From Xanthomonas campestris pv. campestris str. ATCC 33913 (lineage in GTDB: Bacteria; Pseudomonadota; Gammaproteobacteria; Xanthomonadales; Xanthomonadaceae), in assembly GCF_000007145.1 (NCBI RefSeq), contig NC_003902.1, positions 1,237,436-1,269,435 on the forward strand: 32,000 bases of DNA, read 5' to 3'. Shown here piece after piece: positions 1-9,874 of this stretch. The position numbers and the translations under genes are program-made. The notes below the pieces were generated by a model, which worked only from the letters and a program-made list of their open reading frames with translations, was not told the DNA's origin and ran no database searches. Within the stretch, counting starts at the first letter, position 1; each line of letters begins with the position of its first letter.

Positions 1-550
1 CACTCATCAGGTAATCCTGCCCGCGTGAGACACGCACATTGGGGAGTTGCAGGCGGTTGAACACGCCCTTTGCGAGCCGGGCGCGCTCCTCGCGCACGCT
101 GGCATCGCCCAAGGTCACCGCAACGTCGGTGAGGCGTACAAAGCCCGTTACCTGCAGTTGCTTGCCGATGGTGTAGGCGACCACATCGTCGGGGTCCTTG
201 TTGGGGTCGGTAAACAGCACCGTGTCGCGCGGTGTCGCCGGGGTGTGGAAACTGAGCTCCCGCAGCACCGCTGCTTCGTCGGGCGTCAGGCACGTACCGC
301 CTTCGGCCCCGAGTTCGGCAAGCATTCGGCGCTGTGTTGCCGTCAGCGCAGGCGCACTGAGTGAGCGTTTGAGGACGGCAGCGCCTTGTGGTCTTTTCCG
401 CGGCAATGCCTGCAGCGCCCCATCGCTGATCTGCGCGCAGGGCAGGTGTTGATCTGCCGACACGGTTGCAGTGCGCTCACCCGTAGACCCGGACGTTGCA
501 TGAGCGCCTGCGGGCACATGCAGTGTGGGGCGATGCCTGATGGAATCCAT
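1..550 (-). CDS. xopQ: Type III effector XopQ/HopQ1 family (nucleoside-hydrolase-like), N-terminal 183 codons; 3' end lies beyond the left window edge
   Basis: Hand translation of the minus strand from ATG 550-548 stays open to position 2: MDSIRHRPTLHVP...LKRSLSAPALTATQRRMLAELG...LFTDPNKDPDDVVAYTIGKQLQVTGFVRLTDVAVTLGDASVREERARLAKGVFNRLQLPNVRVSRGQDY. It contains the RSxSxP 14-3-3 site (RSLSAP, nt 350-367) and the atypical nucleoside-hydrolase Asp motif DPNKDPDD (nt 185-208), as I recall them from HopQ1/XopQ. A PIP box lies 76 nt upstream. The ORF is absent from the supplied track because it runs off the edge. Confidence 0.85.
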   Translation of the reverse strand, partial: MDSIRHRPTLHVPAGAHATSGSTGERTATVSADQHLPCAQISDGALQALPRKRPQGAAVLKRSLSAPALTATQRRMLAELGAEGGTCLTPDEAAVLRELSFHTPATPRDTVLFTDPNKDPDDVVAYTIGKQLQVTGFVRLTDVAVTLGDASVREERARLAKGVFNRLQLPNVRVSRGQDYLMS

Positions 551-625
551 CTGCTGTCCTCGCGTCGATGCTGGCCAATGAAGCGATCAGGATGGAGGCG
601 GCTCCATTCCCTGGGATATCGATCG

Positions 626-650
626 GCGAAGGGCGTTGCAACGACACGAA
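626..650 (-). promoter_or_regulatory. PIP box (HrpX-binding plant-inducible promoter element) of xopQ
   Basis: The minus strand reads TTCGT-gtcgttgcaacgccc-TTCGC, an exact TTCGB-N15-TTCGB. Thirty-one nt downstream is CATCCT (594-589), a 5/6 match to the YANNRT -10 motif. The xopQ ATG is 76 nt downstream. Confidence 0.7.
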
Positions 651-911
651 GCGCAGGTTGCCTGTTGCACTGCTTCGAGTGTGAAAGCGTGACCATCAGC
701 ATGGCGCGCGTTGCGATCTGCAGAGATCCTGCGCCCTCACGATGCGATTGCCGTCTGCCTGACGACTGCCTTCTACGCCGTTGTCAGATGGATTGGTCAG
801 TCACTTACTTGCGGCTGCGCGAAGCCGCGCATCTGTAAAGGCTTCTGCATCGTCTGCTGGCTGAGCGCGCTGCGACGCATGCACGTCGCCAGACCGTCCA
901 TTTTTTCGGTC

Positions 912-957
912 TTGCGCCAAGCGCAATGACGCTTGCGTAGCAGAGTGGTACGCAAGC
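912..957. repeat. Two adjacent perfect inverted repeats sharing a TTGCG/CGCAA core; possible operator or RNA hairpins upstream of ORF 989
   Basis: TTGCGC-caa-GCGCAA (912-926) and GCTTGCGTA-N9-TACGCAAGC (931-957), read directly. They lie 32-77 nt upstream of ATG 989. Function unknown. Confidence 0.5.
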
Positions 958-988
958 ACTTTGGTGAATCTGTTCTAAGAGGTGAGGC

Positions 989-1738
989 ATGGGTTCCTTC
1001 CCAGTGACTTCTGTGGCTCGTGAAGCGGTAAGACACGATCAGCGCGAGGCGCAGGCCCCGCGTGAGGTGGGTTACTCCTCGCAACGCGGCGACCCGCAGG
1101 CCAATCCACAATTGAAGCAAGACCTGTCGCGTGCGCCCGTGCGTGCGGCGCGGCTCAAGGCCCCACGCGTGCCTATCGGTGTGCACATTGCGAATACCGG
1201 GCTGCAGGCAGCGCGGTTTGCCACCTCTGCGGTCGCAGGGCCAGCCGAAGCCGCAGTTCTGGACGCGGTGCATGCGCCCGCTGCGGCGGCATATGACTAT
1301 GCAAAAGGGGAGGTGTCCTGGAAAAAGAATGCGGGTGTCACGCTTGCGCCGGCCTTGGCCTACGCCGTGGTGATGGGCACGCTGTCTGCCGTGCAGTATC
1401 TGGCGAACCGGTACCTGCAAGCGCAGTCGCAGACGAGTGTCAGCAAGGCCGACAGGGCGAAGGAGTTGGGCGTCACCGAAGCATGCCTGGACGCGGCCGT
1501 TGCCATGGTGAACAAGGGGGAGGTGGCCGGTCCCGGGGGTGAGATGACCGAAGAAGAGGCAGCTGCGCTGGCAGCAGATCTTCAGAACCTGGCAACGGCA
1601 GACCGTTCCCGGCTGCCGCCAGAGCTCTGGCGCGCTGCCAGCGGCGTTGGCGACGACGCCTACGCATTGGTCACGCAACTGCTCTTGGCCGCAAGAGCCC
1701 GCGCGTCTGCAGAGGCGTCTGCATCGTACGGCAGTTGA
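989..1738 (+). CDS. Hypothetical protein (249 aa), Ala-rich, with one hydrophobic helix; no family recognised
   Basis: ATG preceded by the SD motif AGAGGTGAGG. The antisense 293-aa ORF is Arg/Cys/His-rich junk. A possible hairpin plus T-run follows the stop. Codon usage is atypical: about two thirds G/C at third positions in my hand count of the first 60 codons. Confidence 0.5.
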   Translation: MGSFPVTSVAREAVRHDQREAQAPREVGYSSQRGDPQANPQLKQDLSRAPVRAARLKAPRVPIGVHIANTGLQAARFATSAVAGPAEAAVLDAVHAPAAAAYDYAKGEVSWKKNAGVTLAPALAYAVVMGTLSAVQYLANRYLQAQSQTSVSKADRAKELGVTEACLDAAVAMVNKGEVAGPGGEMTEEEAAALAADLQNLATADRSRLPPELWRAASGVGDDAYALVTQLLLAARARASAEASASYGS

Positions 1739-1768
1739 AAGGTGATCCCACGCGTTGCTGGTTGGAGT

Positions 1769-1799
1769 GGCGGGCCACGCATGCCCTGCCGGGTTTTCC
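1769..1799 (+). terminator. Possible intrinsic terminator after ORF 989-1738
   Basis: GGCGGGC-cacgcat-GCCCTGCC forms 7 bp with one bulged T, followed by GGGTTTTCC. It sits in the 64-nt convergent gap before the TetR gene stop. Confidence 0.3.
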
Positions 1800-1802
1800 G
1801 AA

Positions 1803-2432
1803 CTACACCGGCGCAGACTTCAAAATCCCAGACAAACTCTCTCGCAAGATCAACTGCAGATGCATGCGGTTGAGTTCCATGCCGCTGGTCATTACGTTGT
1901 GCAGGCCGCCGCACATGGCGGCCACGGCGAAGACGCGGGCCTGGAATTCCTGCTCGCTGCTGGCCGGGTCGGCGTGGCCGCGCAGCAGGCGCTTGAGCAG
2001 GGCGCTGAGATGTTCGATCAGCGATGCGCTCTGCCGGCGCATAAAGGCGGCCAGCACCGGGTCGCGCAGGGTGGCCAGGTGCAGTTCCAGGTCGATGCGG
2101 GTGCGTTTGATGTTGATTTCCTGCAGCAGCCATTCTTCGAGCAGGCCGGCGATGAAATCCACCACGTGCACGTTGGCCGGGCGTTCCACCAGCCACATCT
2201 GGCGGATGGCGCGCATGTAGTTGCGCTCCAGCAAGGCGCGCACCAGCGCGTCCTTGTCTTCGAAGCGTTGCAGCAGGGTGCCGCAAGACAGCCGCGCGCG
2301 TTCGGCGATGAGCTCGAAGCTGGTGGCCGACAGGCCGATCTCGTCGATGCAGCGTTCGGCGGCGTCCAGCACTTCGTCGACCAAGAGTTCTTCGCGCTGT
2401 TTTGCGGTACGCAGCAGAAGGACGTTGGACAT
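1803..2432 (-). CDS. TetR-family transcriptional regulator (209 aa)
   Basis: N-terminal helix-turn-helix region (LLVDEVLDAAERCIDEIGLSATSFELIAERARLSCGTLLQRFEDKDALV) followed by a helical ligand-binding-type C-terminus. Divergent from the 2640-4299 operon. Confidence 0.8.
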   Translation of the reverse strand: MSNVLLLRTAKQREELLVDEVLDAAERCIDEIGLSATSFELIAERARLSCGTLLQRFEDKDALVRALLERNYMRAIRQMWLVERPANVHVVDFIAGLLEEWLLQEINIKRTRIDLELHLATLRDPVLAAFMRRQSASLIEHLSALLKRLLRGHADPASSEQEFQARVFAVAAMCGGLHNVMTSGMELNRMHLQLILRESLSGILKSAPV

Positions 2433-2639
2433 GGCGAGCGGTCTGGACGGGGCCTGCAGTATACCGGCGCGGGGTTACGCATCCGTTGGATGGCGCGGCC
2501 TGGATGAGGCGCCGGTCACGTCCATTGCACGGCGCTGGGGGCTGGCGCAGAGATGACACCGGTGGCGCGATGCGGCGGCAGTGGGTGGCGGTGATCGACC
2601 AGCCGTTCACGGCCGCTGTGCGACACGTGGAGTCCGGTT

Positions 2640-3428
2640 GTGCAGGAGATGGGTGTGAGTGAGAACAGTGCGGTTGCCGGTGTCTCGGCGCAATGGCCGG
2701 CGCGGTTGTGGGTGGTGCGGCATGGGCAGAGCGCAGGTAACGTGGCGCGCGATGTGGCCGAGTCCAATGGCGCGACGTTGATCGACCTGGAGCACCGTGA
2801 TGCGGATGTGCCGCTCTCAGCATTGGGCGAGCGCCAGGCGCGGGCGCTGGGTGCGTGGATGGCCGGCTTGCCGGAGCATGAGCGGCCCACGTTGATCCTG
2901 AGTTCCACCTATGTGCGTGCGTGCCAGACCGCCTTGGCGGTGGCGCGTGCGATGGGCCAGCCAGACACGGCCGTGAGCGTGGACGAGCGGTTGCGCGAAA
3001 AAGAATTCGGCGTACTGGACCGCTACACCACGGCCGGCATCATCGCCACGTTTCCGGAGTTGTCGGAGCAGCGCAAGTTGGTGGGCAAGTTCTACTTCCG
3101 CCCGCCGGGTGGGGAGAGCTGGTGCGATGTGATTTTTCGCCTGCGCAGCATCGTGGGCGATCTGCAGCGCAATCATGTGGGCGCGCGGGTGCTGATCGTG
3201 GGGCACCAGGTGATCGTCAATTGCTTCCGGTATCTGATCGAGCAGATGGACGAGGCCACCATCCTGGCGATCGACCGCGAGGGCGATGTGCCCAATTGCG
3301 GGGTGACCGAATACGCCGCGGTGGCCGATGGGCAGTCGCTGGAACTGGTGCGCACCAAGTTCGTGCCGCCGGAGCTGGCGGATGAGCCGGTGACCACCGA
3401 ATCCGATCGGCCGGCAGGAGCACGCTGA
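2640..3428 (+). CDS. Histidine phosphatase family protein (phosphoglycerate mutase-like)
   Basis: RHGQSAGN catalytic motif near the N-terminus and a later GHQV motif. The start is uncertain: GTG 2640, ATG 2649, or GTG 2655, which lies 6 nt after AGGAG. The stop is 1 nt before the next ATG. Confidence 0.8.
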   Translation: MQEMGVSENSAVAGVSAQWPARLWVVRHGQSAGNVARDVAESNGATLIDLEHRDADVPLSALGERQARALGAWMAGLPEHERPTLILSSTYVRACQTALAVARAMGQPDTAVSVDERLREKEFGVLDRYTTAGIIATFPELSEQRKLVGKFYFRPPGGESWCDVIFRLRSIVGDLQRNHVGARVLIVGHQVIVNCFRYLIEQMDEATILAIDREGDVPNCGVTEYAAVADGQSLELVRTKFVPPELADEPVTTESDRPAGAR

Positions 3429-3429
3429 G

Positions 3430-4299
3430 ATGACCGGGCCACGCGTGCGCACCGTTACCGCTGCGGCCTTGCGCGCACAGCCGCTGCCGGCGCCGGGCGG
3501 CGACAAGGAGCAGCGCGGGCGTGTGTTGATTGTGGGCGGCTCGGCGCGCGTGCCCGGTGCGGTGATGCTGGCGGGCGAGGCGGCCTTGCGCGCAGGTGCG
3601 GGCAAGTTGCAGCTCGCCACCGCGGCCAGCGTGGCGCCAGGCATGGCCTTGGCCATGCCCGAGGCGTTGGTGCTGGGGCTGGGCGAAAACGGGCAGGGCG
3701 AGATCGTGCGCGGCCATCGTGCGCTGGATGCAGCCATGAGCGCATGCGATGCGGCGGTGATCGGCCCGGGCATGGCATCGACCAACACCACTGCGGCGTT
3801 GGTCAAACGCGCGATCGACCAGGCGGTGTGCACGTTGGTGCTGGATGCCGGTGCATTGTCGCCACGGCTGCGTGCGCCCCTGGGACGGCCCTTCGTGTTG
3901 ACGCCACATGCGGGCGAGATGGCGGCCCTGGCCGGCGATGACAAGGCAGCAGTGGAAGCGGCGCCCGCCGACTACGCATTGGCGTTTGCCAAGAAGATGC
4001 GCAGCGTGGTGATCGTGAAAGGCGCAGACAGTTTTGTCGCCGGGCCGGACGGTGCGCTGTGGGTGCACCGCGGCGGTGTGCCGGGACTGGGCACCTCGGG
4101 CTCGGGCGATACCTTGGCCGGCCTGATTGCCGGTTTTGCCGCGCGTGGATGCGATGCGCTGACCGCTGCACTGTGGGGCGTGTTTGTGCATGCAACGGCG
4201 GGCAAGCAGTTGGCCAAGCGCATTGGCACGGTGGGGTTTCTGGCGCGCGAAATTCCGCCGGAAGTGCCGGGGATCCTGGACCGGTTGCCGAGGGGATGA
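3430..4299 (+). CDS. nnrD: ADP/ATP-dependent NAD(P)H-hydrate dehydratase (YjeF C-terminal / carbohydrate kinase family)
   Basis: Family-typical motifs: GRVLIVGGS..PGA..LAG.AALRAGAG, VIGPGM, LTPHAGE, GTSGSGDTLAG. Tightly linked to the upstream gene. Confidence 0.8.
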   Translation: MTGPRVRTVTAAALRAQPLPAPGGDKEQRGRVLIVGGSARVPGAVMLAGEAALRAGAGKLQLATAASVAPGMALAMPEALVLGLGENGQGEIVRGHRALDAAMSACDAAVIGPGMASTNTTAALVKRAIDQAVCTLVLDAGALSPRLRAPLGRPFVLTPHAGEMAALAGDDKAAVEAAPADYALAFAKKMRSVVIVKGADSFVAGPDGALWVHRGGVPGLGTSGSGDTLAGLIAGFAARGCDALTAALWGVFVHATAGKQLAKRIGTVGFLAREIPPEVPGILDRLPRG

Positions 4300-4338
4300 T
4301 CGACGCTCGTTGCGTTGATGCCGTGCGCAGACCAAAAG

Positions 4339-4375
4339 CCCCTCTCCAGCGGGAGAGGGGTTGGGGTGAGGGTAC
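4339..4375. repeat. REP-like intergenic palindromic element, copy 1
   Basis: CCCCTCTCC-agcg-GGAGAGGGG (perfect 9-bp stem) followed by TTGGGGTGAGGGTAC. This matches the common Xanthomonas intergenic repeat type. Confidence 0.6.
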
Positions 4376-4461
4376 GTTTGCTGAAGTCGTGGAGCTGTCT
4401 TTCCAGTTGGGGTTTATGTTGTTGCCTTGATTGCCGGGGGCGGGTCGCACTCTTGGCAGAC

Positions 4462-4508
4462 GTACCCTCATCCGGCCCTTCGGGCCACCTTCTCCCGAGG
4501 GGAGAAGG
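4462..4508. repeat. REP-like intergenic palindromic element, copy 2, inverted relative to copy 1
   Basis: GTACCCTCATCC, then GGCCC-ttc-GGGCC, then CCTTCTCCC-gag-GGGAGAAGG. The GTACCCTC end is the reverse complement of the GAGGGTAC end of copy 1. Confidence 0.6.
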
Positions 4509-4610
4509 AAGTGTCCGATGGTGGAAGGATGCATGGTTGCGCTCGTTTGTGGCGCGATGTTGCGCCGCGTTGGTCGGTTAGGCTTGGTCACCAACCTGGG
4601 AGGGTGCACG

Positions 4611-6203
<1,593 letters not shown>

Positions 6204-6260
6204 GGCGTCGCCACGCGTACACGTGCGTGCCACTGGCGCGCATGTGCGGCCTGTGCAGCG

Positions 6261-8066
6261 TTATTCCCCGTGCACCGCCAATGCGGCATGGATCAAGGCG
6301 AGATGGCTCAACCCCTGCGGCAGATTGCCCAGCGCATCGCCAGTGTTGGCGTCCACCATTTCCGGCATCAGGTCGACATCGTTGCCCAGGCGCTCCAGCA
6401 GCCGCTTGAACAGGCGCTTGGCTTCGTAGCGTTCGCCCAGCAAGCCATAGGCTTCCACCATCCAGAACGCGCAGGCGGTGAATGTGCCTTCGCGCTGCTG
6501 CATGCCGCTGTAACGGTACAGCAGCTCATCGCAGCCCAGCTCGCGGCGGATGGCGTCGCGGGTGGACACCATGCGGGCGTGGCGCACCTCGGCCAGGCCG
6601 AAGCGCGAGGCCAGCATCAGGCTGGCATCCAGGTCGTCGGTGCCAGCGTAGAAGGTGTAGGCCTGCTTGGACTCGGACCAGCAGTGCTCATCGATCCAGG
6701 CCAGGATGCGCGCCTGCTCGCGTTCCCAGCGCGGCAGCATGGCCGACGACAGGTGGCCGACCTTGGCCAGCTCGCTGGCACGGCGCAGCGCCATCCAGCA
6801 TTCGATCTTGGACATGGTGTAGTGCTCGTCCTGCTCCAGCTCCCAGAAGCCTGCGTCCTTGCGCATCCAGGCATCGGCACATTCGTTGCCCAGGTCGAAC
6901 AACTGACGTGCGGTTTCCGGGTCCAGGATGTGGCCGGCATCGACAAAGCGCGCGGTCATCTCGAACACATCGCCGTACAGGCACAACTGCAATTGGTCAT
7001 TCGCGGTGTTGCCAACGCGGACCGGGCGGGTGTCGCGGTAGCCGGCAATGTCGATCTCGCGCTCATCCGGCACGAGCTCGCCATCGAGCGTGTAGCACGG
7101 CCGAATCCAGGGGCGGTGGCGACGAATGGTGTGCATCAGCCAGCTGAAGGCGGCCTTGGCATCGGCCAGTGCGCCCACGCGCATGAATGCCTTGGTGGTG
7201 TACGCGGCATCGCGCACCCAGGCGTAGCGATAGTCCCAATTGCCATTGCCACCGATCTGCTCCGGCAGCGAGGTGGTGACCGCCGCGGCAATGGCGCCGG
7301 TGGGCGAAAACCACAGGAATTTGAGCGCAAGCGCCGAGCGCACCACGGTGCCGTGGTAGCCATTGTCGTAGCTGAGGTTGCCGCTCCATTCACGCCATTC
7401 CTGATCGCTGCGGTCGATGCGGCCGTCGATATCCGCCAGTGGCGGCACCGGCAAGGCTTCGCGCTCGGACGCGAGCAATGCCACGAGCTGGCGATCGCCG
7501 GCGGCAACGGGCAAGGTGCCGCGCACGCTGCGGTCATCGCAGTGTGCGATCTGCACCGCCTCCGCGTCGAAGCGCAGCATGGTCATCAACGGGCCAACGT
7601 GGTGCACGCGGCCGTTGGGCGTATCGCTCTGCCACGGCGTCGCTTCGCCTGCGCGCGTGCCTGGCCGATAGATGAGCTCGAACACCACCTCGCCCTCCAG
7701 CCCGTCGATGCGCCGGGCCAGCTCCGACCACGGCAGCCGGCCGGCCTCGCCACTGTTGACCGATTCGGTGAGGCGCGCGCGGCCACTTGCGGTGATGAAG
7801 GTGGTTTCCAGTACATTGCTGCCGTCGCGGTAACGGCGCTCCACCTGTTGCAACTCGCGCGGGCACAGCGAAAAGAAACCGCCATTGCCGGCATCGAGCA
7901 GGCGATCGAACAACGGTGGTGCGTCCATCTTCGGCACGCACCACCAGTCGATGCCGCCATCGGCGCCGCATAGCGCCACCGAGCGGCCGTCACCGATGGC
8001 GGCATAGCCGGCAATCGGTAACGTGCCGCTGGCATCGCGGCGGAACTGGGCGCTGGGGCGACTCAA
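6261..8066 (-). CDS. Glycoside hydrolase family 15 (glucoamylase/trehalase-like), 601 aa
   Basis: The N-terminal [36 protein letters not shown] is typical of GH15, followed by an (alpha/alpha)6-type C-terminal region. The only plausible start is TTG 8066-8064, which overlaps the SDR stop (TTGA). The track extension to 8447 overlaps the SDR gene in another frame. Confidence 0.8.
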   Translation of the reverse strand: MSRPSAQFRRDASGTLPIAGYAAIGDGRSVALCGADGGIDWWCVPKMDAPPLFDRLLDAGNGGFFSLCPRELQQVERRYRDGSNVLETTFITASGRARLTESVNSGEAGRLPWSELARRIDGLEGEVVFELIYRPGTRAGEATPWQSDTPNGRVHHVGPLMTMLRFDAEAVQIAHCDDRSVRGTLPVAAGDRQLVALLASEREALPVPPLADIDGRIDRSDQEWREWSGNLSYDNGYHGTVVRSALALKFLWFSPTGAIAAAVTTSLPEQIGGNGNWDYRYAWVRDAAYTTKAFMRVGALADAKAAFSWLMHTIRRHRPWIRPCYTLDGELVPDEREIDIAGYRDTRPVRVGNTANDQLQLCLYGDVFEMTARFVDAGHILDPETARQLFDLGNECADAWMRKDAGFWELEQDEHYTMSKIECWMALRRASELAKVGHLSSAMLPRWEREQARILAWIDEHCWSESKQAYTFYAGTDDLDASLMLASRFGLAEVRHARMVSTRDAIRRELGCDELLYRYSGMQQREGTFTACAFWMVEAYGLLGERYEAKRLFKRLLERLGNDVDLMPEMVDANTGDALGNLPQGLSHLALIHAALAVHGE

Positions 8067-8965
8067 GACAACAGCAGGCCGCCGGTGGCGCCGAACACCT
8101 CGCCGGTGACATAGCTCGATTCCTGCGAGGCGAGCAGGACGTAGAGCGGTGCCATTTCCACCGGCTGGCCGGCGCGCTTCATCGGCGTTTCCGAGCCAAA
8201 TTCCGGGATCGTTTCTGGCGGCTGGCCACCGCTGGGCTGCAGCGGCGTCCACACCGGGCCCGGCGCCACGGCGTTGACGCGGATGCCTTTTTCGGCCACC
8301 TGCTGCGCCAGCCCCTTGGTGAAGTTGACGATGGCCGCCTTGGTGGAGGCGTAGTCGAGCAGGGTGGGCGAGGGCTGGTAAGACTGGATCGAGCCGGTGT
8401 TGATGATGGATGCGCCCGGCGGCAGATGCGGGATGGCCGCCTTGCACAGCCAGAACATCGCGTAGACGTTGGTCTTGAAGGTAGCGTCGAACTGCTCGGT
8501 GGTGATGTCGGCGATGTCCTTGATGGCGGTCTGCTTGCCGGCGATGTTGATCAGCAGATCCAGGCCGCCGAGTTCTTTCACCGCACGCTCCACCAACTGG
8601 TTGCAGAAGGCTTCGTCCTTGAGGTCACCCGGCACGGCGATGGCCTTGCGGCCTTCAGCCTGGATGAGCTGCACCACCTCGGCGGCATCCTGTTCTTCTT
8701 CGGGCAGGTAGTTGAGCACGATGTCTGCGCCTTCGCGCGCATAGGCGATGGCGGTGGCGCGGCCAATGCCCGAGTCCGCACCGGTGATCAGCGCCTTGCG
8801 GCCCTGCAGGCGGCCGAAGCCCTGATAGCTCTGCTCGCCATGGTCGGCCTTGGGCTGCAGCTCATGAATGGTGCCGGGCGCTTCCTGGGTCTGCTCCGGA
8901 AAGGTGGGCTGCGGGAACTGGGTGAGCGGGTTCTGCATTGCGTATTGGTTCTTCGCGCTGGACAT
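8063..8965 (-). CDS. Short-chain dehydrogenase/reductase, YghA/general-stress-type (300 aa)
   Basis: [11 protein letters not shown] Rossmann motif, NIAG, and the Y..K catalytic region ([11 protein letters not shown]). ATG 8965 is preceded by the SD motif GGAGA. The upstream 119 codons of the track ORF lack coding character. Confidence 0.85.
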   Translation of the reverse strand: MSSAKNQYAMQNPLTQFPQPTFPEQTQEAPGTIHELQPKADHGEQSYQGFGRLQGRKALITGADSGIGRATAIAYAREGADIVLNYLPEEEQDAAEVVQLIQAEGRKAIAVPGDLKDEAFCNQLVERAVKELGGLDLLINIAGKQTAIKDIADITTEQFDATFKTNVYAMFWLCKAAIPHLPPGASIINTGSIQSYQPSPTLLDYASTKAAIVNFTKGLAQQVAEKGIRVNAVAPGPVWTPLQPSGGQPPETIPEFGSETPMKRAGQPVEMAPLYVLLASQESSYVTGEVFGATGGLLLS

Positions 8966-9070
8966 GCACGGGTCTCCTGTCGAGGGGGAGTGGGGGCACG
9001 CAGGACGGCTGCGCACCGAGCGGCGCCCAGTGTGGAAAGCGATGCGCTGTGCAGCGGTGAACGAATGTTG

Positions 9071-9108
9071 TGCATGGTGTGAATGCGTGACCGCACGCAA
9101 ACCATGCA
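9071..9108. repeat. 38-bp hyphenated palindrome in the divergent SDR/DUF429 promoter region
   Basis: TGCATGGT-gtgaa-TGCGTG-accg-CACGCA-a-ACCATGCA, read directly: outer 8-bp arms plus inner 6-bp arms. Confidence 0.5.
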
Positions 9109-9142
9109 GATATGCGTCAATCACCACCACGACGGTGGGCGC

Positions 9143-9865
9143 ATGACGAGGTACACGATGCGGTGGGTGGGAATCGATGGCGCGCGTAGCGGTTGGCTGG
9201 CGGTGTGGGACACCGAGGACGCGTTGGCATTTGCGTATTACGCAACGGTGCAGGACGTGGCGCATGCACTGCGTGCGGCGGAGGTCATCGGCGTGGATAT
9301 TCCCATTGGCCTGAGTGAGCACGCCCCGCGCGCGGCCGACGTGCAGGCACGCCGCTTCGTGGGCGGCCGCCGCGCCTGCAGCATCTTTGCTGCGCCGTTA
9401 CGCGGCATGTTGCATGCGCAGTCGCAGCCCGAAGCATCGCGCCTGCATCGTGCGCTGGATCACGACAAGCAGCGCGGCTTCGGTGTGCAGTCCTTCGGGT
9501 TGCTGGACAAGATCCGCCATTGGGATGCCGCCCTGCGCAGCGATGCAGCCTGGGCTGTGCGCGTGCATGAGGTGCACCCGGAAGTTTCGTTCGCCGTGCT
9601 CAACGGCGGCCAGGGACTCGCCGCCGGCAAGAAGACGCCGGCCGGCCATGCACAGCGCGTGGCATTGCTCGGCGAACACGTCGGCCACGCGCGAGTGCAG
9701 GCGCTGCTGGCGGCCGTACCGCGGCGCTTGGCTGCGCCGGATGATGTGCTCGATGCGCTGGTGGCGTGCTGGAGTGCGCAGCGGATTGCGGCAGGCACCG
9801 CCGGCAGCTTGCCCGCGGTGGTGGAGCATGACCGCCATGGCTTGCGCATGGCGATCCGCTACTGA
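9143..9865 (+). CDS. DUF429 family protein (predicted RNase H-like fold)
   Basis: The [15 protein letters not shown]-terminus and HPEVSF motif match my recollection of DUF429. The start is uncertain: ATG 9143, or ATG 9158, which lies 6 nt after GAGG. Confidence 0.65.
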   Translation: MTRYTMRWVGIDGARSGWLAVWDTEDALAFAYYATVQDVAHALRAAEVIGVDIPIGLSEHAPRAADVQARRFVGGRRACSIFAAPLRGMLHAQSQPEASRLHRALDHDKQRGFGVQSFGLLDKIRHWDAALRSDAAWAVRVHEVHPEVSFAVLNGGQGLAAGKKTPAGHAQRVALLGEHVGHARVQALLAAVPRRLAAPDDVLDALVACWSAQRIAAGTAGSLPAVVEHDRHGLRMAIRY

Positions 9866-9874
9866 CGCACCGCG

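Noticed and set aside
680-695. TGTGA-N6-GACCA, a possible Clp/CRP-like site upstream of the xopQ PIP box
   Set aside because: Only one half-site matches the TGTGA-N6-TCACA consensus, which is too weak to call without a position-weight-matrix score or binding data.
47-838. Plus-strand ORFs 47-364, 198-452 and 386-838
   Set aside because: They are antisense to, or overlap, the xopQ coding and promoter region. The translations are Cys/Arg-rich nonsense.
4431-4610. Upstream 60 codons of the GH30 ORF as given in the track
   Set aside because: It reads through a REP-like palindromic element. A strong SD and a signal peptide begin at GTG 4611.
6270-7973. 567-aa plus-strand ORF
   Set aside because: It is exactly antisense to the GH15 gene. 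Its translation is Ala/Gly/Arg/His-rich and low-complexity with no motifs, the typical high-GC shadow ORF.
8067-8447. N-terminal 127-codon extension of the GH15 ORF in the track (start at 8447)
   Set aside because: It overlaps the 3' end of the SDR gene on the same strand in another frame and translates to low-complexity sequence. GH15 homology begins only after 8066.
8966-9322. 119-codon upstream extension of the SDR ORF (track start 9322)
   Set aside because: It crosses the divergent promoter region and has no coding character. ATG 8965 has a good GGAGA SD and yields a normal 300-aa SDR.
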